From Chthoniobacterales bacterium (lineage in GTDB: Bacteria > Verrucomicrobiota > Verrucomicrobiia > Chthoniobacterales > UBA6821): a stretch of DNA of 64,000 nt. The notes beneath the pieces were generated by a model. That model saw only the letters and a list, made by a program, of their open reading frames with translations. It did no database searches and had not been told where the DNA came from. Location: positions 13,434 through 77,433 of the forward strand of contig DAISZK010000004.1 of assembly GCA_036824855.1 (NCBI GenBank), given 5' to 3'. A program made the position numbers and the translations under genes. Of this stretch, positions 36,484 to 46,500 are shown piece by piece; within the stretch, counting starts at the first letter, position 1; every line of letters starts with the position of its first letter.

Positions 36484-37782
36484 CTATTTGGCGGTGAAGA
36501 TAACGCTGAAAGGTGCCGGTTCCGGGTTGCGTGAGTATTCCGCATGCGCTTTGGGATCGTATGGGGGAATGGGGATTCCCTTACGGAACTGCACCAGAGG
36601 GAGGCGTGGAACTTGCGGCGTCTCGGTTCTCACGGGATAGGGCTGTTTGGGGAATCGCTCCTGAACCAAAAGAATCTGGTGGTAAAGGCCTCCGGTATCC
36701 CCGATCAGGATATCGATGGGATAACTCTTACCTCGTTCCACCCGAAACCAAGAGCCTTTGGCACCCATGTATCCCGGCATGAATTGCATGTCGTCAGTCT
36801 TCTTATCGGTTGGAGAAGCGCCCAAAGGTTTCATCTCAGGGCGCACGAATTTTTGTACATCCGGCGGGGCGCCTCTGATGATTCCGTCGGAAGCTAGAAC
36901 CGGCTTACCATCAAATCGGACAGCCATATAATCGTCGCAACTGGCCCAGAAGCGGTATTCGCCATCATCGGGGGCCACAACCTGTCCGGTGTAGTGGATG
37001 ACCCAGTGAGGGTTCTTTGTTTCCTTTTCCACCCCGAAGGCTTTCGCAGCACCCGAACTACCGCTACACGGCATATACATCTGCACAGCCAGCATGGAAT
37101 CGGGGGCACAATAATAACGCTTCAATACTTCATCGTCCCAATTCTTTGCGAGGAATTCCCCAATCACCTTGTAATAACTCTGTGAAGCTAAGCCTTCATT
37201 GGCAGCAGGCGCAGGCTTGTGATCCGCCATCTGCTTGAGGTCATAAAAACGCCCCACCAGTCCTCCGTGACTAACTCCCTTGAAGCCGAAAGCGGTCAGC
37301 CCTGCCAAGGGCATCGAGGCCATCCCCCCTGCTCCAGCACCCCCAGCCCCGCCACCAAGTCCAGCCGATCCCAAGCCACTCATGACTGAAGCCATGACAT
37401 CGGGGCCCGTGGAAGCATTCATATCCATGGCTGGAAGAGCGATTGAGGCATTGGCCGCCGTGGAAGCGATCCTCTTGGAAATGGCGGGTGCAGCGGCTGT
37501 AGTTTTCTTTGATGGCTTGACCTTATGCTCGGTGGCACCAGCGGCACTCGGCGGCGGAGCGGTAAATTTCATCTTCTCCTTGCGACTCTGGACCACCTGC
37601 ACGACCAGCACGGTGGCTCCGCCCAGCAGAATCACATGGGCCAAAATACTCAGAACGAGGAAACTCCCGCTCCATGCCATCCAGCGCTGCCAGAGATTCT
37701 TCTTAATTGGTTGCGGTTCCTCAGGAGCACGATGAGGCTGATGGACGGATTGAGGTGTCTCGGGATATTGTTCCTCGATCAC
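36484..37782 (-). CDS. TonB-like membrane-anchored protein with C-terminal PA14-like domain (no recognisable TonB_C domain)
   Basis: 432-aa ORF (GTG start, 4 nt after the exbD stop). Basic N-terminus, then one TM helix WSGSFLVLSILAHVILLGGATVLVV containing S-x-x-x-H (SILAH, nt 37636-37650), as in the TonB TM helix. Pro/Ala/Lys linker FTAPPPSAAGATEHKVKPSKKTTAAAPA. Gly/Ala run GLGSAGLGGGAGGAGAGG. PA14-like segment GLVGRFYD...HWVIHYTGQVVAPDDGEYRFWASCDDYMAVRFDGKPV. Confidence 0.6.
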   Translation of the reverse strand: MIEEQYPETPQSVHQPHRAPEEPQPIKKNLWQRWMAWSGSFLVLSILAHVILLGGATVLVVQVVQSRKEKMKFTAPPPSAAGATEHKVKPSKKTTAAAPAISKRIASTAANASIALPAMDMNASTGPDVMASVMSGLGSAGLGGGAGGAGAGGMASMPLAGLTAFGFKGVSHGGLVGRFYDLKQMADHKPAPAANEGLASQSYYKVIGEFLAKNWDDEVLKRYYCAPDSMLAVQMYMPCSGSSGAAKAFGVEKETKNPHWVIHYTGQVVAPDDGEYRFWASCDDYMAVRFDGKPVLASDGIIRGAPPDVQKFVRPEMKPLGASPTDKKTDDMQFMPGYMGAKGSWFRVERGKSYPIDILIGDTGGLYHQILLVQERFPKQPYPVRTETPQVPRLPLVQFRKGIPIPPYDPKAHAEYSRNPEPAPFSVIFTAK

Positions 37783-37786
37783 TAGA

Positions 37787-38227
37787 TCACTCCTCCTCGA
37801 CGTTAAAAGTTACGTTGGTGATTTTGGCAGCTGCCAGCGCATTGAGGACATCGATCGTCCTGCTGTATTTGGCATGGGCGTCACTGACGATCGTGACAAT
37901 GGCTGGTTGGTGAGCGTTGTCGGCGTTTTCCTTGAGGCGCATCAATGTGGCACGAAGTTGAGGCAGATCAGCGCTCTCGGGAGAGTCAAACGGCTCATCA
38001 TTAAGAGAGACTTCCCCCTCGTCGGAGATCGAGATGATTGTCTCATCATTGAACTCGGTGGCTGATGAGGACTCAGCCGATCCCGGAAGTTTGGTCGAGA
38101 GTTCGTTTTCAACCTTCACGGCGCCAGCCATGACCATGAAAAAGAGCATGATCACGAACACGACATCGACCATCGGGGCGATCTGGAACCCCATTGTCCC
38201 ATCATCCTCGTTAACAAAAGATTTCAT
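37787..38227 (-). CDS. exbD: ExbD/TolR family biopolymer transport protein
   Basis: 146-aa ORF with the family N-terminus GFQIAPMVDVVFVIMLFFMV and a periplasmic domain of typical size. Confidence 0.85.
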   Translation of the reverse strand: MKSFVNEDDGTMGFQIAPMVDVVFVIMLFFMVMAGAVKVENELSTKLPGSAESSSATEFNDETIISISDEGEVSLNDEPFDSPESADLPQLRATLMRLKENADNAHQPAIVTIVSDAHAKYSRTIDVLNALAAAKITNVTFNVEEE

Positions 38228-38236
38228 GATCCAGGA

Positions 38237-38704
38237 TTAGTCGTGGTTGACCGCGGAAAAGGAGATGTCGGAAATACCTGCCTCGGCGGCCGCATTCATT
38301 GCCTGAGAAACAAAAAGCGCCGGCACTTCTCGGTCACCGCGTATGACAATCCGAAATTCGGGGTTCTGGCCTGGTTTGGAAGCCGCAACCTTGTCACCGT
38401 ATGCCTTGGCGGCCTTGAAGGGTTCCACCAGATCCGCTCCCTTGGTGTAGATACGATCCTGAAAATTAAAAACGCTCCTGTTAGCTGAGGGATCCCATCG
38501 GACGTTGACGATCGCCTCGGAGCGGGAATCGTCTTTCTTTGCAGCCTCGGCAGCAATCGGGAGTTTGATGGTCTTATCGATATTGAGGACCTGGGCCGAG
38601 GTGATGACCATGAAGAAGATCAGGATGACCAGTAGCACATCAACCATCGGGGCGATCTGAAAATCAGGCTCGCCCTTTTCTAGTCCTCCTCCTCCGCCGG
38701 CCAT
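38237..38704 (-). CDS. exbD: ExbD/TolR family biopolymer transport protein (second copy)
   Basis: 155-aa ORF. DFQIAPMVDVLLVILIFFMVITS, then a periplasmic domain (IVIRGDREVPALFVSQAMNAAAEAGI). Confidence 0.85.
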   Translation of the reverse strand: MAGGGGGLEKGEPDFQIAPMVDVLLVILIFFMVITSAQVLNIDKTIKLPIAAEAAKKDDSRSEAIVNVRWDPSANRSVFNFQDRIYTKGADLVEPFKAAKAYGDKVAASKPGQNPEFRIVIRGDREVPALFVSQAMNAAAEAGISDISFSAVNHD

Positions 38705-38723
38705 CGTCTTTTACCGGTTTGGG

Positions 38724-39569
38724 TTAAGCTTCGGTCACTTGACCCTGCTCATGGGAAGCGATCCCCTCCGCAACAACCTCTTCGTGATGATGTACCAACC
38801 AGTTTGGAACGTTGGCATAAATTTCCTCGCCACTGATGTGAACCCCTTCGAGTGCCTCGTAGGGCATCTTACGGAAAAGCACGTTGATGATGTCCTGGAT
38901 ATGGTGCATGGCCGTGGTGGAACGACTGCGGAGAAAATAGAACATTCCAAAAGCCGGAATGGCGATGACGAGACCGCTGGCCGTGGCGACCAGCACCTCG
39001 CCGATGGCCCCCGAGAGGCTGGAGGGATCACCGATTCCGGAACTCCCCAGAGTGCTGAAAGCCTTGATCATACCCGTAACGGTTCCAAGCAACCCGATCA
39101 TCGGGGTAACGACACCTATCACCGAGAGGTAATTGATCTGGGTACTCATGGAGGCGCTCTCCTTGTGCATTTCGGAAATCATCCCTTCCTCAACCATGGT
39201 CTTTCCATCGCCCAGGAGTGAGATGCCGACCCTGAGGACATTGGTCATCGGGGATTTATTGTCGCGGCAGAATGTGTAGGCGCCGACATAGTCGCCCTGC
39301 TGGAACAGGCGCTTCACTTCGGCCTCGTAAGCGGGGGGGGAGGTTTTTTTGATCGAGGTATTCCTAACTCCGTCGGTTGATAGATAGACGGTCAGCACTG
39401 ACATGATGCCGATGGGGAACATTACCCAACCACCCTCGACAAGCGTCTCGAGTAATGACTTGGAATGGGGCTTGGCATCTTTTTTAGCCTCTTCGGCGGA
39501 GGCAGAAGCGATGCCCAGACAGAGGAGTGCGGCAAGGATAAGCAGGAGGTGTGGGTGGCGTTTGTTCAT
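38724..39569 (-). CDS. exbB: MotA/TolQ/ExbB proton-channel protein with N-terminal signal-peptide extension
   Basis: 281-aa ORF. Three TM helices in the family pattern: GWVMFPIGIMSVLTVYL, LSVIGVVTPMIGLLGTVTGMIKAF and AIGEVLVATASGLVIAIPAFGMFYFLR. Confidence 0.85.
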   Translation of the reverse strand: MNKRHPHLLLILAALLCLGIASASAEEAKKDAKPHSKSLLETLVEGGWVMFPIGIMSVLTVYLSTDGVRNTSIKKTSPPAYEAEVKRLFQQGDYVGAYTFCRDNKSPMTNVLRVGISLLGDGKTMVEEGMISEMHKESASMSTQINYLSVIGVVTPMIGLLGTVTGMIKAFSTLGSSGIGDPSSLSGAIGEVLVATASGLVIAIPAFGMFYFLRSRSTTAMHHIQDIINVLFRKMPYEALEGVHISGEEIYANVPNWLVHHHEEVVAEGIASHEQGQVTEA

Positions 39570-39613
39570 GAGGTGGGAGGAATGTCGTTAATTTAGGGTT
39601 GAGGAGGTTGAAA

Positions 39614-40444
39614 TCAAGGATGGGCTAGGATCTCGGTTTTCTTTTTTGCCATCGGAACTTGCGGGGAATCAGGCCAGCCACTGACAATGTCAGCATAACT
39701 CTGCGCCGCACGTTTCTCGTCCTTGAGTCCCATGTAAGCATCAGCGGCTCCTGCAAGGGCAGGAGGCTGCAGTAATGTCACCGAGGGATAAAACACCTTG
39801 ATGGTGAGGAAGGCACGCAGAGCAGCGGGATAATCTTTTTTCTGAAGAAGTGCTTTTCCAAGCGCGAGTTGAGCAAGCGGAGAGCCTTGATCCCCACCCA
39901 GTCTCGGCAATGCTTTGGCCTCAAGCGCTACAGCATTTAGATCAGATGTGGCCAGTGGGGAAAAGAGTGTGCCGGCCTTGGAGAGGGATTCCGCAGAAGG
40001 ACTCTTGATGGCGCCGATTTGGCGAGCCAAGTCGGCGCACTCGCTATCCTTGCCGATAGAGGCGAGCGCCAAAAGACGCAACCGGGCCATTTCAAGCCAC
40101 CAGGATCCCGGCACATCCTTGAGATCACCCTGCTTGGAGACATAGTCATCTGTCAGGCTCAGGACTTCGGTGGCATTCCCCTTTAAAGCGGCAGTAATGG
40201 CTTTTGCTAGTTCCGGAGGCTCAGCGAAATTGACCTTGGCAATTCGCGCCAAAGGCAGCCCCATTTCCACGGCACTGGTACCACCCTCCATGCTCACCTT
40301 GACCATGATCATATCACGGGAGCGTCTGATGGTGGAGCTATTGTAGACCTGGCCGTCGGTGGTCGTGATCTCCTCTGCAGATGCGATCGCTGCCAGCGCA
40401 AGTGCCAGCGTCGTCAGAGCCATTCTTGAGAATCGGAAGCTCAT
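39614..40444 (-). CDS. Secreted TPR-like protein
   Basis: 276-aa ORF, signal peptide MALTTLALALAAIASA. C-terminal TPR-like helices LAQLALGKALLQKKDYPAALRAFLTI and AGAADAYMGLKDEKRAAQSYADIV. ATG overlaps the upstream TPR stop (ATGA 40441-40444). Confidence 0.55.
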   Translation of the reverse strand: MSFRFSRMALTTLALALAAIASAEEITTTDGQVYNSSTIRRSRDMIMVKVSMEGGTSAVEMGLPLARIAKVNFAEPPELAKAITAALKGNATEVLSLTDDYVSKQGDLKDVPGSWWLEMARLRLLALASIGKDSECADLARQIGAIKSPSAESLSKAGTLFSPLATSDLNAVALEAKALPRLGGDQGSPLAQLALGKALLQKKDYPAALRAFLTIKVFYPSVTLLQPPALAGAADAYMGLKDEKRAAQSYADIVSGWPDSPQVPMAKKKTEILAHP

Positions 40445-43400
40445 GGTTTAGCAGGTGTTTTGGTGTCACTGGGGGACGCCGTGGTGGGTGAAGACGTTGC
40501 CGTTGGAGTAGCAGAGGCTGCCGGTTCCTGTGGAAGCGACTCGAGTTTTTTACGCGCCTGATCTGCGAGTGGTGAGGCGGCGAGACGAGGTTTGGAAAGC
40601 ATGTCTTTGAGATTCTTTGCAGCGTCGCCGGGCTTGCCGATTTTCACAAAGGCGTCGGCAGCTTTCAAATAGGCAGGGATGACGACCGAGGGGTAGCGCT
40701 GGTAAGCGACATAGACCCGCTGGTAATACTGCAGGGCGGCGTCAGGCTTGCCTCGTTTTTCCTCCAACTCTCCAAGCGACATGAGTGCCTTGGCAGTAAT
40801 CTCGCCTCGCCAATCCTTGGTGGCCGCCACCTGCTCGAAGATCTTCTTGGCATCATCAAGCTTGCCCAGAGCAAGTAAGGCAGATCCCTTTCCATAGGTA
40901 ATGTCGGCGAGTTTGGCGTCGGCGTTTGCTTTTTCGACTGCATCGTCAAACCACTTGATAGCCTCGGTTGGTTGGTTGCGAGCCAACGCAGTCTCCCCCA
41001 TCCCGCAGTAGGCGTATTCGAGCAAGTCGCTTTTGGGGAAGGACTCCATCAACTCCTTGAAGAATGCCTCTGCCTTGTCGGCCTCACCCCGCTGAAGGGC
41101 GATTTGACCGCACTCCGAAAGAAGCATGGCGCTGAGTTGATCGGCCGGAAAGTCCTTGTAGATGGAAGCCATCAGTTCTTTCTGCCGATCAGGCCTCTTG
41201 GTGAAGCCGGCAAGCTGGCCAAGGGCAAATCTCAATCGTGCTTTGTCAAGAGGCATGGCTCCGGCATTGGATTCGTTCAGATACTTCGCAAAGTCACCGT
41301 CGGCATCATAGGGTGGAAGCGGCGTCGGAGAGGGGCGGGGCGCAGGAGTTGCTCCCGAGTCGGCCGCCGGTGCATTCGTGACTCCTTGCACGGAGACAGG
41401 CGCGTTTTCTTTGGGAATCAGGGGTGGACGGGGTCTCTTGGAGCATGACTGGGCTAGCTGGGTCAGAAGCATTTCGACGGCATCCTGACGACGGTCGTTG
41501 ATGTTTTTGAGGATGTTCTCGGCAAGATACTTTTTTGCCTCCTCGGGCTTACCCTGTTTAATTTTCGCCTTGGATACCCAGTAAACGGCAGCCACTGCGG
41601 CGGGGTGCTTGGGATGTTGATCTGCAAAACGACCGAACATTTCAGCAATATTATCCCAGTCGTTGAGCTTCTGATACTGCTTGTTGGCCTCAAAAAGAGA
41701 GTATTTAAGCAGTTCATCACTCTCGGCGTATTTAAGCGAATCACGATAGGCGGCCGCAGACTCGGTGGTCATCTCCTTTGCCGCATAGGCATCTCCCTTC
41801 AATGAAAGAATCTCGCCCTGCACCGCCTCTCCTTGGTGCTTCTTTAGCCACTCGTCGCAGAGTCTGATCACATCGTCGTATTTGTTGGCGGCTTGATAGC
41901 AGAGAGCAATGCGGTAGCCGGCATCACCTGCGAAGATTCCTTCTGGAAATTTCTTCACATAATCCTGAAATCCTTCCAAAGCCTTGCCGTAGTCACCCAA
42001 CTGGAAGGAGCAGAGCGGAATCCGATAAGTGCACTCCTCGGCAAACTTTCCCGTGGGAAACTTGGTGAGGTACTTCTTGTAATCCTCGATCGCCTCCTTG
42101 TATTTCCCAGGATTGGGAGCTTTTGCATCGGCGGCTTGCGCGAATTCCGCATTGGCCAATAGGAACTGCATGTCGGCGGCCAAAACAGAATTATCTCCCT
42201 TTTCCATGAGGGTTCCGAAGACAGTCTCGGCTTTTGGAAAGTCACCGGCCTCCAGGGCTACCGCGCCCTTAAGATATCCGGCCTGGGAGGCATATTTACC
42301 AGTGGGATACTCCGATAAATATCGATCCAGAACAGGCACGGCTTCGTCAGGTCTGCCAAGCGAGCAGAATGCGGAACCAATGCTGAAAAGACCGTCCTCC
42401 CGCACTTTCGGATCCTTGGAGGAGTCAAGGAGGCTCTCCCAAATCAGGATAGTCTCCCATTTCTGGTCGAGCTCGTCATAGGCCTTGGCTTGGCGCAGGC
42501 GAACAGGCACCACGGTGTCGGGCATTTTTTCGAACTGATCGAGGACAGTCTGAAGTTGCTTTTGATCTTCCTTGAGACGGGCATTGGTTGCGTTGATCTC
42601 CATGAAGGACTTGGGGTTCTGCTGAAGACTGGCCGTGTTATCGCTTATAGTTTTCCCGAGTGCTTCTATCCTCTTTTTCTGGAGATCGATGACCACTTGT
42701 TTTGGACGAACGATCGCATACATCCGCAGAGCCTTCTGCCGATCTCCCTTGCCCAGAAGACCATCGCCGATCCGCACCGCCAGAATGTCTAGCTGGAGAG
42801 GATTGTCGATCCGGTCACTCGCAGCCTGAAGCTGATCAAGAAGTTTGAGCGCATCATCGAGATGCCCTTGCTTGGACTCGATTTCAACCATCGCCATGGC
42901 AGCCTGGACAGTGAGGTCATCCTTGATCCCTCCGTCAATCATGGGACGGAGGGCTGTAAGAGCCTCCTCAGGTTTTCCGGACTCGGCAAGCATCGACGCT
43001 TGGGCAAGCCGGGCCCTGGCAGCCAGGTCACCCGTTCCCTCCGAAGCCTTCTTGAGTGTTTGCTCTGCTTCCGCCTTGCGACCTGTCTGAGTCTGGATCT
43101 GGGATAAAGCAATCAAGGCCTTGGTCTTGTTTTTTCCATCCGGGAATTCCTTGAGGCAGCGATTGTAATACTCCTCGGCCTTCGGGAGATTCTTCTGATT
43201 GAAGTACGTGGAGGCGAGTGTGAAGAGGATCGTCTCAAGAGCCTCGCCGGTCGGTCCTTCCCCGAGAACCGCCTCAAAACTTTTTGCCGCACTAGCATAG
43301 TCACCGGCTTGGAAGGCGCTGGCACCCGCTTTAAAAAGATCCTCGGGCGAGGTTGAAGCATCCGCTGCCACAGAAAAACGCATGAAGCCTGAGAGGCTTA

Positions 43401-43479
43401 CCACCAATATACAAAATATGGGCAGTCGGGGGCTACTCATGTGGCTAAAATATGTACTACACCTCTTTTTACACTGCAT
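40441..43479 (-). CDS. Large secreted/anchored tetratricopeptide-repeat protein
   Basis: 1012-aa ORF with more than 15 visible TPR units (e.g. AGDYASAAKSFEAVL, QKNLPKAEEYYNRCLKEFP, LGDYGKALEGFQDYVKKFP, ANKYDDVIRLCDEWLKKH). N-terminal hydrophobic segment LPIFCILVVSLSGFMRFSVAADA. S/T/P/A-rich tail. Alternative ATG at 43440. Confidence 0.8.
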   Translation of the reverse strand: MQCKKRCSTYFSHMSSPRLPIFCILVVSLSGFMRFSVAADASTSPEDLFKAGASAFQAGDYASAAKSFEAVLGEGPTGEALETILFTLASTYFNQKNLPKAEEYYNRCLKEFPDGKNKTKALIALSQIQTQTGRKAEAEQTLKKASEGTGDLAARARLAQASMLAESGKPEEALTALRPMIDGGIKDDLTVQAAMAMVEIESKQGHLDDALKLLDQLQAASDRIDNPLQLDILAVRIGDGLLGKGDRQKALRMYAIVRPKQVVIDLQKKRIEALGKTISDNTASLQQNPKSFMEINATNARLKEDQKQLQTVLDQFEKMPDTVVPVRLRQAKAYDELDQKWETILIWESLLDSSKDPKVREDGLFSIGSAFCSLGRPDEAVPVLDRYLSEYPTGKYASQAGYLKGAVALEAGDFPKAETVFGTLMEKGDNSVLAADMQFLLANAEFAQAADAKAPNPGKYKEAIEDYKKYLTKFPTGKFAEECTYRIPLCSFQLGDYGKALEGFQDYVKKFPEGIFAGDAGYRIALCYQAANKYDDVIRLCDEWLKKHQGEAVQGEILSLKGDAYAAKEMTTESAAAYRDSLKYAESDELLKYSLFEANKQYQKLNDWDNIAEMFGRFADQHPKHPAAVAAVYWVSKAKIKQGKPEEAKKYLAENILKNINDRRQDAVEMLLTQLAQSCSKRPRPPLIPKENAPVSVQGVTNAPAADSGATPAPRPSPTPLPPYDADGDFAKYLNESNAGAMPLDKARLRFALGQLAGFTKRPDRQKELMASIYKDFPADQLSAMLLSECGQIALQRGEADKAEAFFKELMESFPKSDLLEYAYCGMGETALARNQPTEAIKWFDDAVEKANADAKLADITYGKGSALLALGKLDDAKKIFEQVAATKDWRGEITAKALMSLGELEEKRGKPDAALQYYQRVYVAYQRYPSVVIPAYLKAADAFVKIGKPGDAAKNLKDMLSKPRLAASPLADQARKKLESLPQEPAASATPTATSSPTTASPSDTKTPAKP

Positions 43480-43508
43480 TAATAAACTAAAAATAATCCA
43501 CGGCAGAA

Positions 43509-46500
43509 TTAGCCTCCTGATCTTTTGAAATCGACCCGGGTGCGGTGGTCGGGATTGGAGGAGTTGAAAGTGATGGTGTCCTTCACCCCATTCTTGAGAT
43601 CGATGGTCACCTGGGTGTGATCCTTATTCCAGATCGTTTCTGGAAGCTGCTCTCCCGTACGGAAGGGGAAAAGGAGTACCTTATACTTGGGCTCCATCAC
43701 CTGATTGCGGGTTATAAAGAGGCGACGGATGTCACCGTTGGTGGTGTCACTGCTCCCCGATTGTTTATGAACCTCAATTACAGGGTCCTTCTTCGGATCA
43801 GCCGTTTCGGAAAGATCCCGGACCAGGAGCCTGGGAAGACCGGCCTTATTGGGATCGTCGGCCGGCGCACTGTCCAATGGCGCGTGAAGCAAAATCGCCT
43901 CCGAAACAGTGGCTCCGGGCTCCGCATCAAGATCGGAAGGGATCTTTTTTCCCTCGCTATCAGTGAAGAGACTCGGCGGCCCGAACATCGTTGAACAATT
44001 CATCTGCCAGCGATAGTTCCGCGGCGTACCGTCCTTGTTGATATCGTCAACAATGAGTGCGTAGGGACGCTTTCCGCGGACAAAGAGAACCGTGCGGTAG
44101 GCATACTCGACGGGATTGTAATTCGTCGTGAGTTTCATCGGGGAATTCAGGTCGAACACGGCATCCGGATTCTTGGCGATGGTTGCCTCGTAGAAGCCGG
44201 GATACATGAAATCTCTGCGGCGCAGGGTGGTCTCCACCTGATTGTCGCCGTAACAGTAGGAATAGGCCGCCGCATTGTCCCCGGCCATGACCACGCAGGA
44301 CTTGTCGGGGGTTTCGGTAACCTTGAAGAGTTTTCCGGGAGGCGTGGGGAAGCAATGCTTGTAATCGGATCCCTGAGGGATTGCATTCGGCCCCTCACCC
44401 ATGAATCCCTGGGTTAGCACGTCATTCGTGTACCGAGGATCCTGAATCAGCACCTCGGATTGCCAGGTACTGTCGGTCACATGGTAGCCGGGAGCAAAAC
44501 TCCAGGGACGCCCTAGCGCAAAGAAGGAGAAGTTGCCCTTCTCGGCATGCATGTGTCCGGCACCATACCACCCCTCGTCGAAGTCGAGTTTCATGGCCTC
44601 CTCATCCCAACCCGTGCGGCAGACAACCACTCCCATCTGTGGATCCACCTTGGTGAGGACCGGGTTTTTCAGTCGAGCGACATCCTCCAGCGTGGTCGGT
44701 TTACCATTAATCCCCGGATCGAGGCCAAACAGCGTCTGAATAAACGGATTGAAGCCGAGGCCCGGGGCATTCCCCGCATAGATGTAATCCACGGCCGGAT
44801 CATCGGGGTACATGTATTTCATCATCACGACATGGTTCTGGCGGTAATCGCCGCCGCCGTCGTGGTGGTCGTAGAGAAAGTAATGGGAGCTGTAATTCTC
44901 CGATTTATTCTCCGCCGGAGCCTGATAGCAGGAGTAGAGGAGTTGGAGGACCGTGTTGTAAAAGAGTGAGGTGACAAATTGGTTCTCAGCACCATGACGG
45001 GCATAGGCGACCGGGGTCGGCCAGAGGCCCCAGGCGCTGAATCCGTAATAGGCTTCCCTGTTCGCCGTGAACCCCCATGGAGATACATAACCGTCGTCAT
45101 TGAACCAAATGGCCCGCTGCAGATTATCGATTGCCACCTTACGGGCAAAGGGCCACGAGCAAGCTACCGAGTAGGGATGACTCTCAAGGCATCCCCCTTG
45201 GGTATCCGCGCCGGCGGGATGCACCCAATCGTATGCTTTGTAGTCCGAGGAAGTGAGGTGGTCATCCGGAACAGGAAGATCAGTGAACGCTTTGACCACC
45301 TCTGGCGAGACCCCGCCCTCCTCACCTTCAAGAACCATGGCGTTAAGCACCTTTTCCTCCTCAATGTTCATGAAGTCTCCGTTTTGCTCATAGCCTCGCA
45401 GGAGTCGTCCGTGGATTCCGGAAGCGAAAAAGACCACACGGGCTCCGGTGGTCCGGCCGACGCTTTGGGCATAGAGGAAATCGCGGATCGCCCGCTTCTC
45501 AGGTGACGTCATCCACGATGCCGTGAAATCGTAGGCAAGCCCGAGCGAACTCATGTTCCAGTAAACGCCCCCGGGTTCGTTTAAGCCGTCCGGAAAAATC
45601 GGGTAATCCTTGTGAAAGGCCCCTGTTTTGGAGTCCCAGCATCCGTGCAGGAGGGTATAGCCAATGGAGGCGGTGATCTTGCCCAATCGGCGAAGGCGAT
45701 CCTTATTCGCAGCGGGTACCTGATCATGGGGGATCCTGGGATCTTGATCAATCCAGGCCACCAGCGTGGCATCCCGGAGTTGGTTGCAATATTCGTTGAA
45801 ATGGTTTCTCGCATCGCTCCAATCGGGCCCCTTGTCTCCCGGTTTGGATGGAATCCCCATGGTCAGGTCTGGCGCCGCGCCTTGGAATCCGGAATCCGCG
45901 AATTTGACAAGCTGATCACTCAGCTTCAGGAAATCCGATCCCGGCTTGTCAAAGCGCTCCTCCGTCTCTTTGCGAAGTTTGGCAAGGCACATGGAGGCAA
46001 TTTTCCCGTGCTGGGTGCGCTCGCTCAGTTCCGGCCAGTCTTGGGCAGTGGTATAGAGCCTTGGATGACAATATGGCCCGGGATCCGGCGAAAGCGTCCT
46101 GACCGAGGGTGGTGGCAGAATGCCGGGGGATGGGCAAAGGGGATCCTCCTTGCCCTCGCTCACAATGGGGGAGCGGAAGTTCCAGACATTGATCCAGCAG
46201 TTGCGCGAGAGCGAGATCCCGTGGACAGAGTCCGCGACCGTCAAACGAACCTCAAAGATTCCCGCACCTATGATCGAAACCTTGGTGAAAGCGGCGTCGT
46301 TGGGACTAAAAGAAACGGGATTCGCCCTTCCCATGGTGGCTGCAAACGGACTGAGTCGCTCCTGAACCTCTTCCCAGGAATAATGCAGCACCGCATCCTT
46401 GGGAAATCCACGCGTGATGGCGGAAATGGAGGTCTGAACGGGAAGGTCGCCGTGATCAGGAAAAAGGATAGGATGTTCGATCGAGAATACCAGCGATGGC

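Noticed and set aside
36484-37782. Alternative call as TolA of a Tol-Pal system
   Set aside because: There are two exbD copies, and no tolB, pal or cpoB-like arrangement follows (the next gene is GH2). There is no long Lys/Ala/Glu helical domain II. The context fits an ExbBD-type module better. It cannot be fully excluded without profile searches.
39333-39350. G8 followed by T7 homopolymers inside exbB (KKTSPP codons), and a G8 tract at 51211-51218 just upstream of the propeller gene ATG; considered as slipped-strand phase-variation switches
   Set aside because: With roughly one quarter G and one quarter C, I expect a few 8-nt G/C runs by chance in 64 kb. There is no accompanying evidence such as multiple tract lengths or contingency-locus context. 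Only population sequencing could revive the idea.
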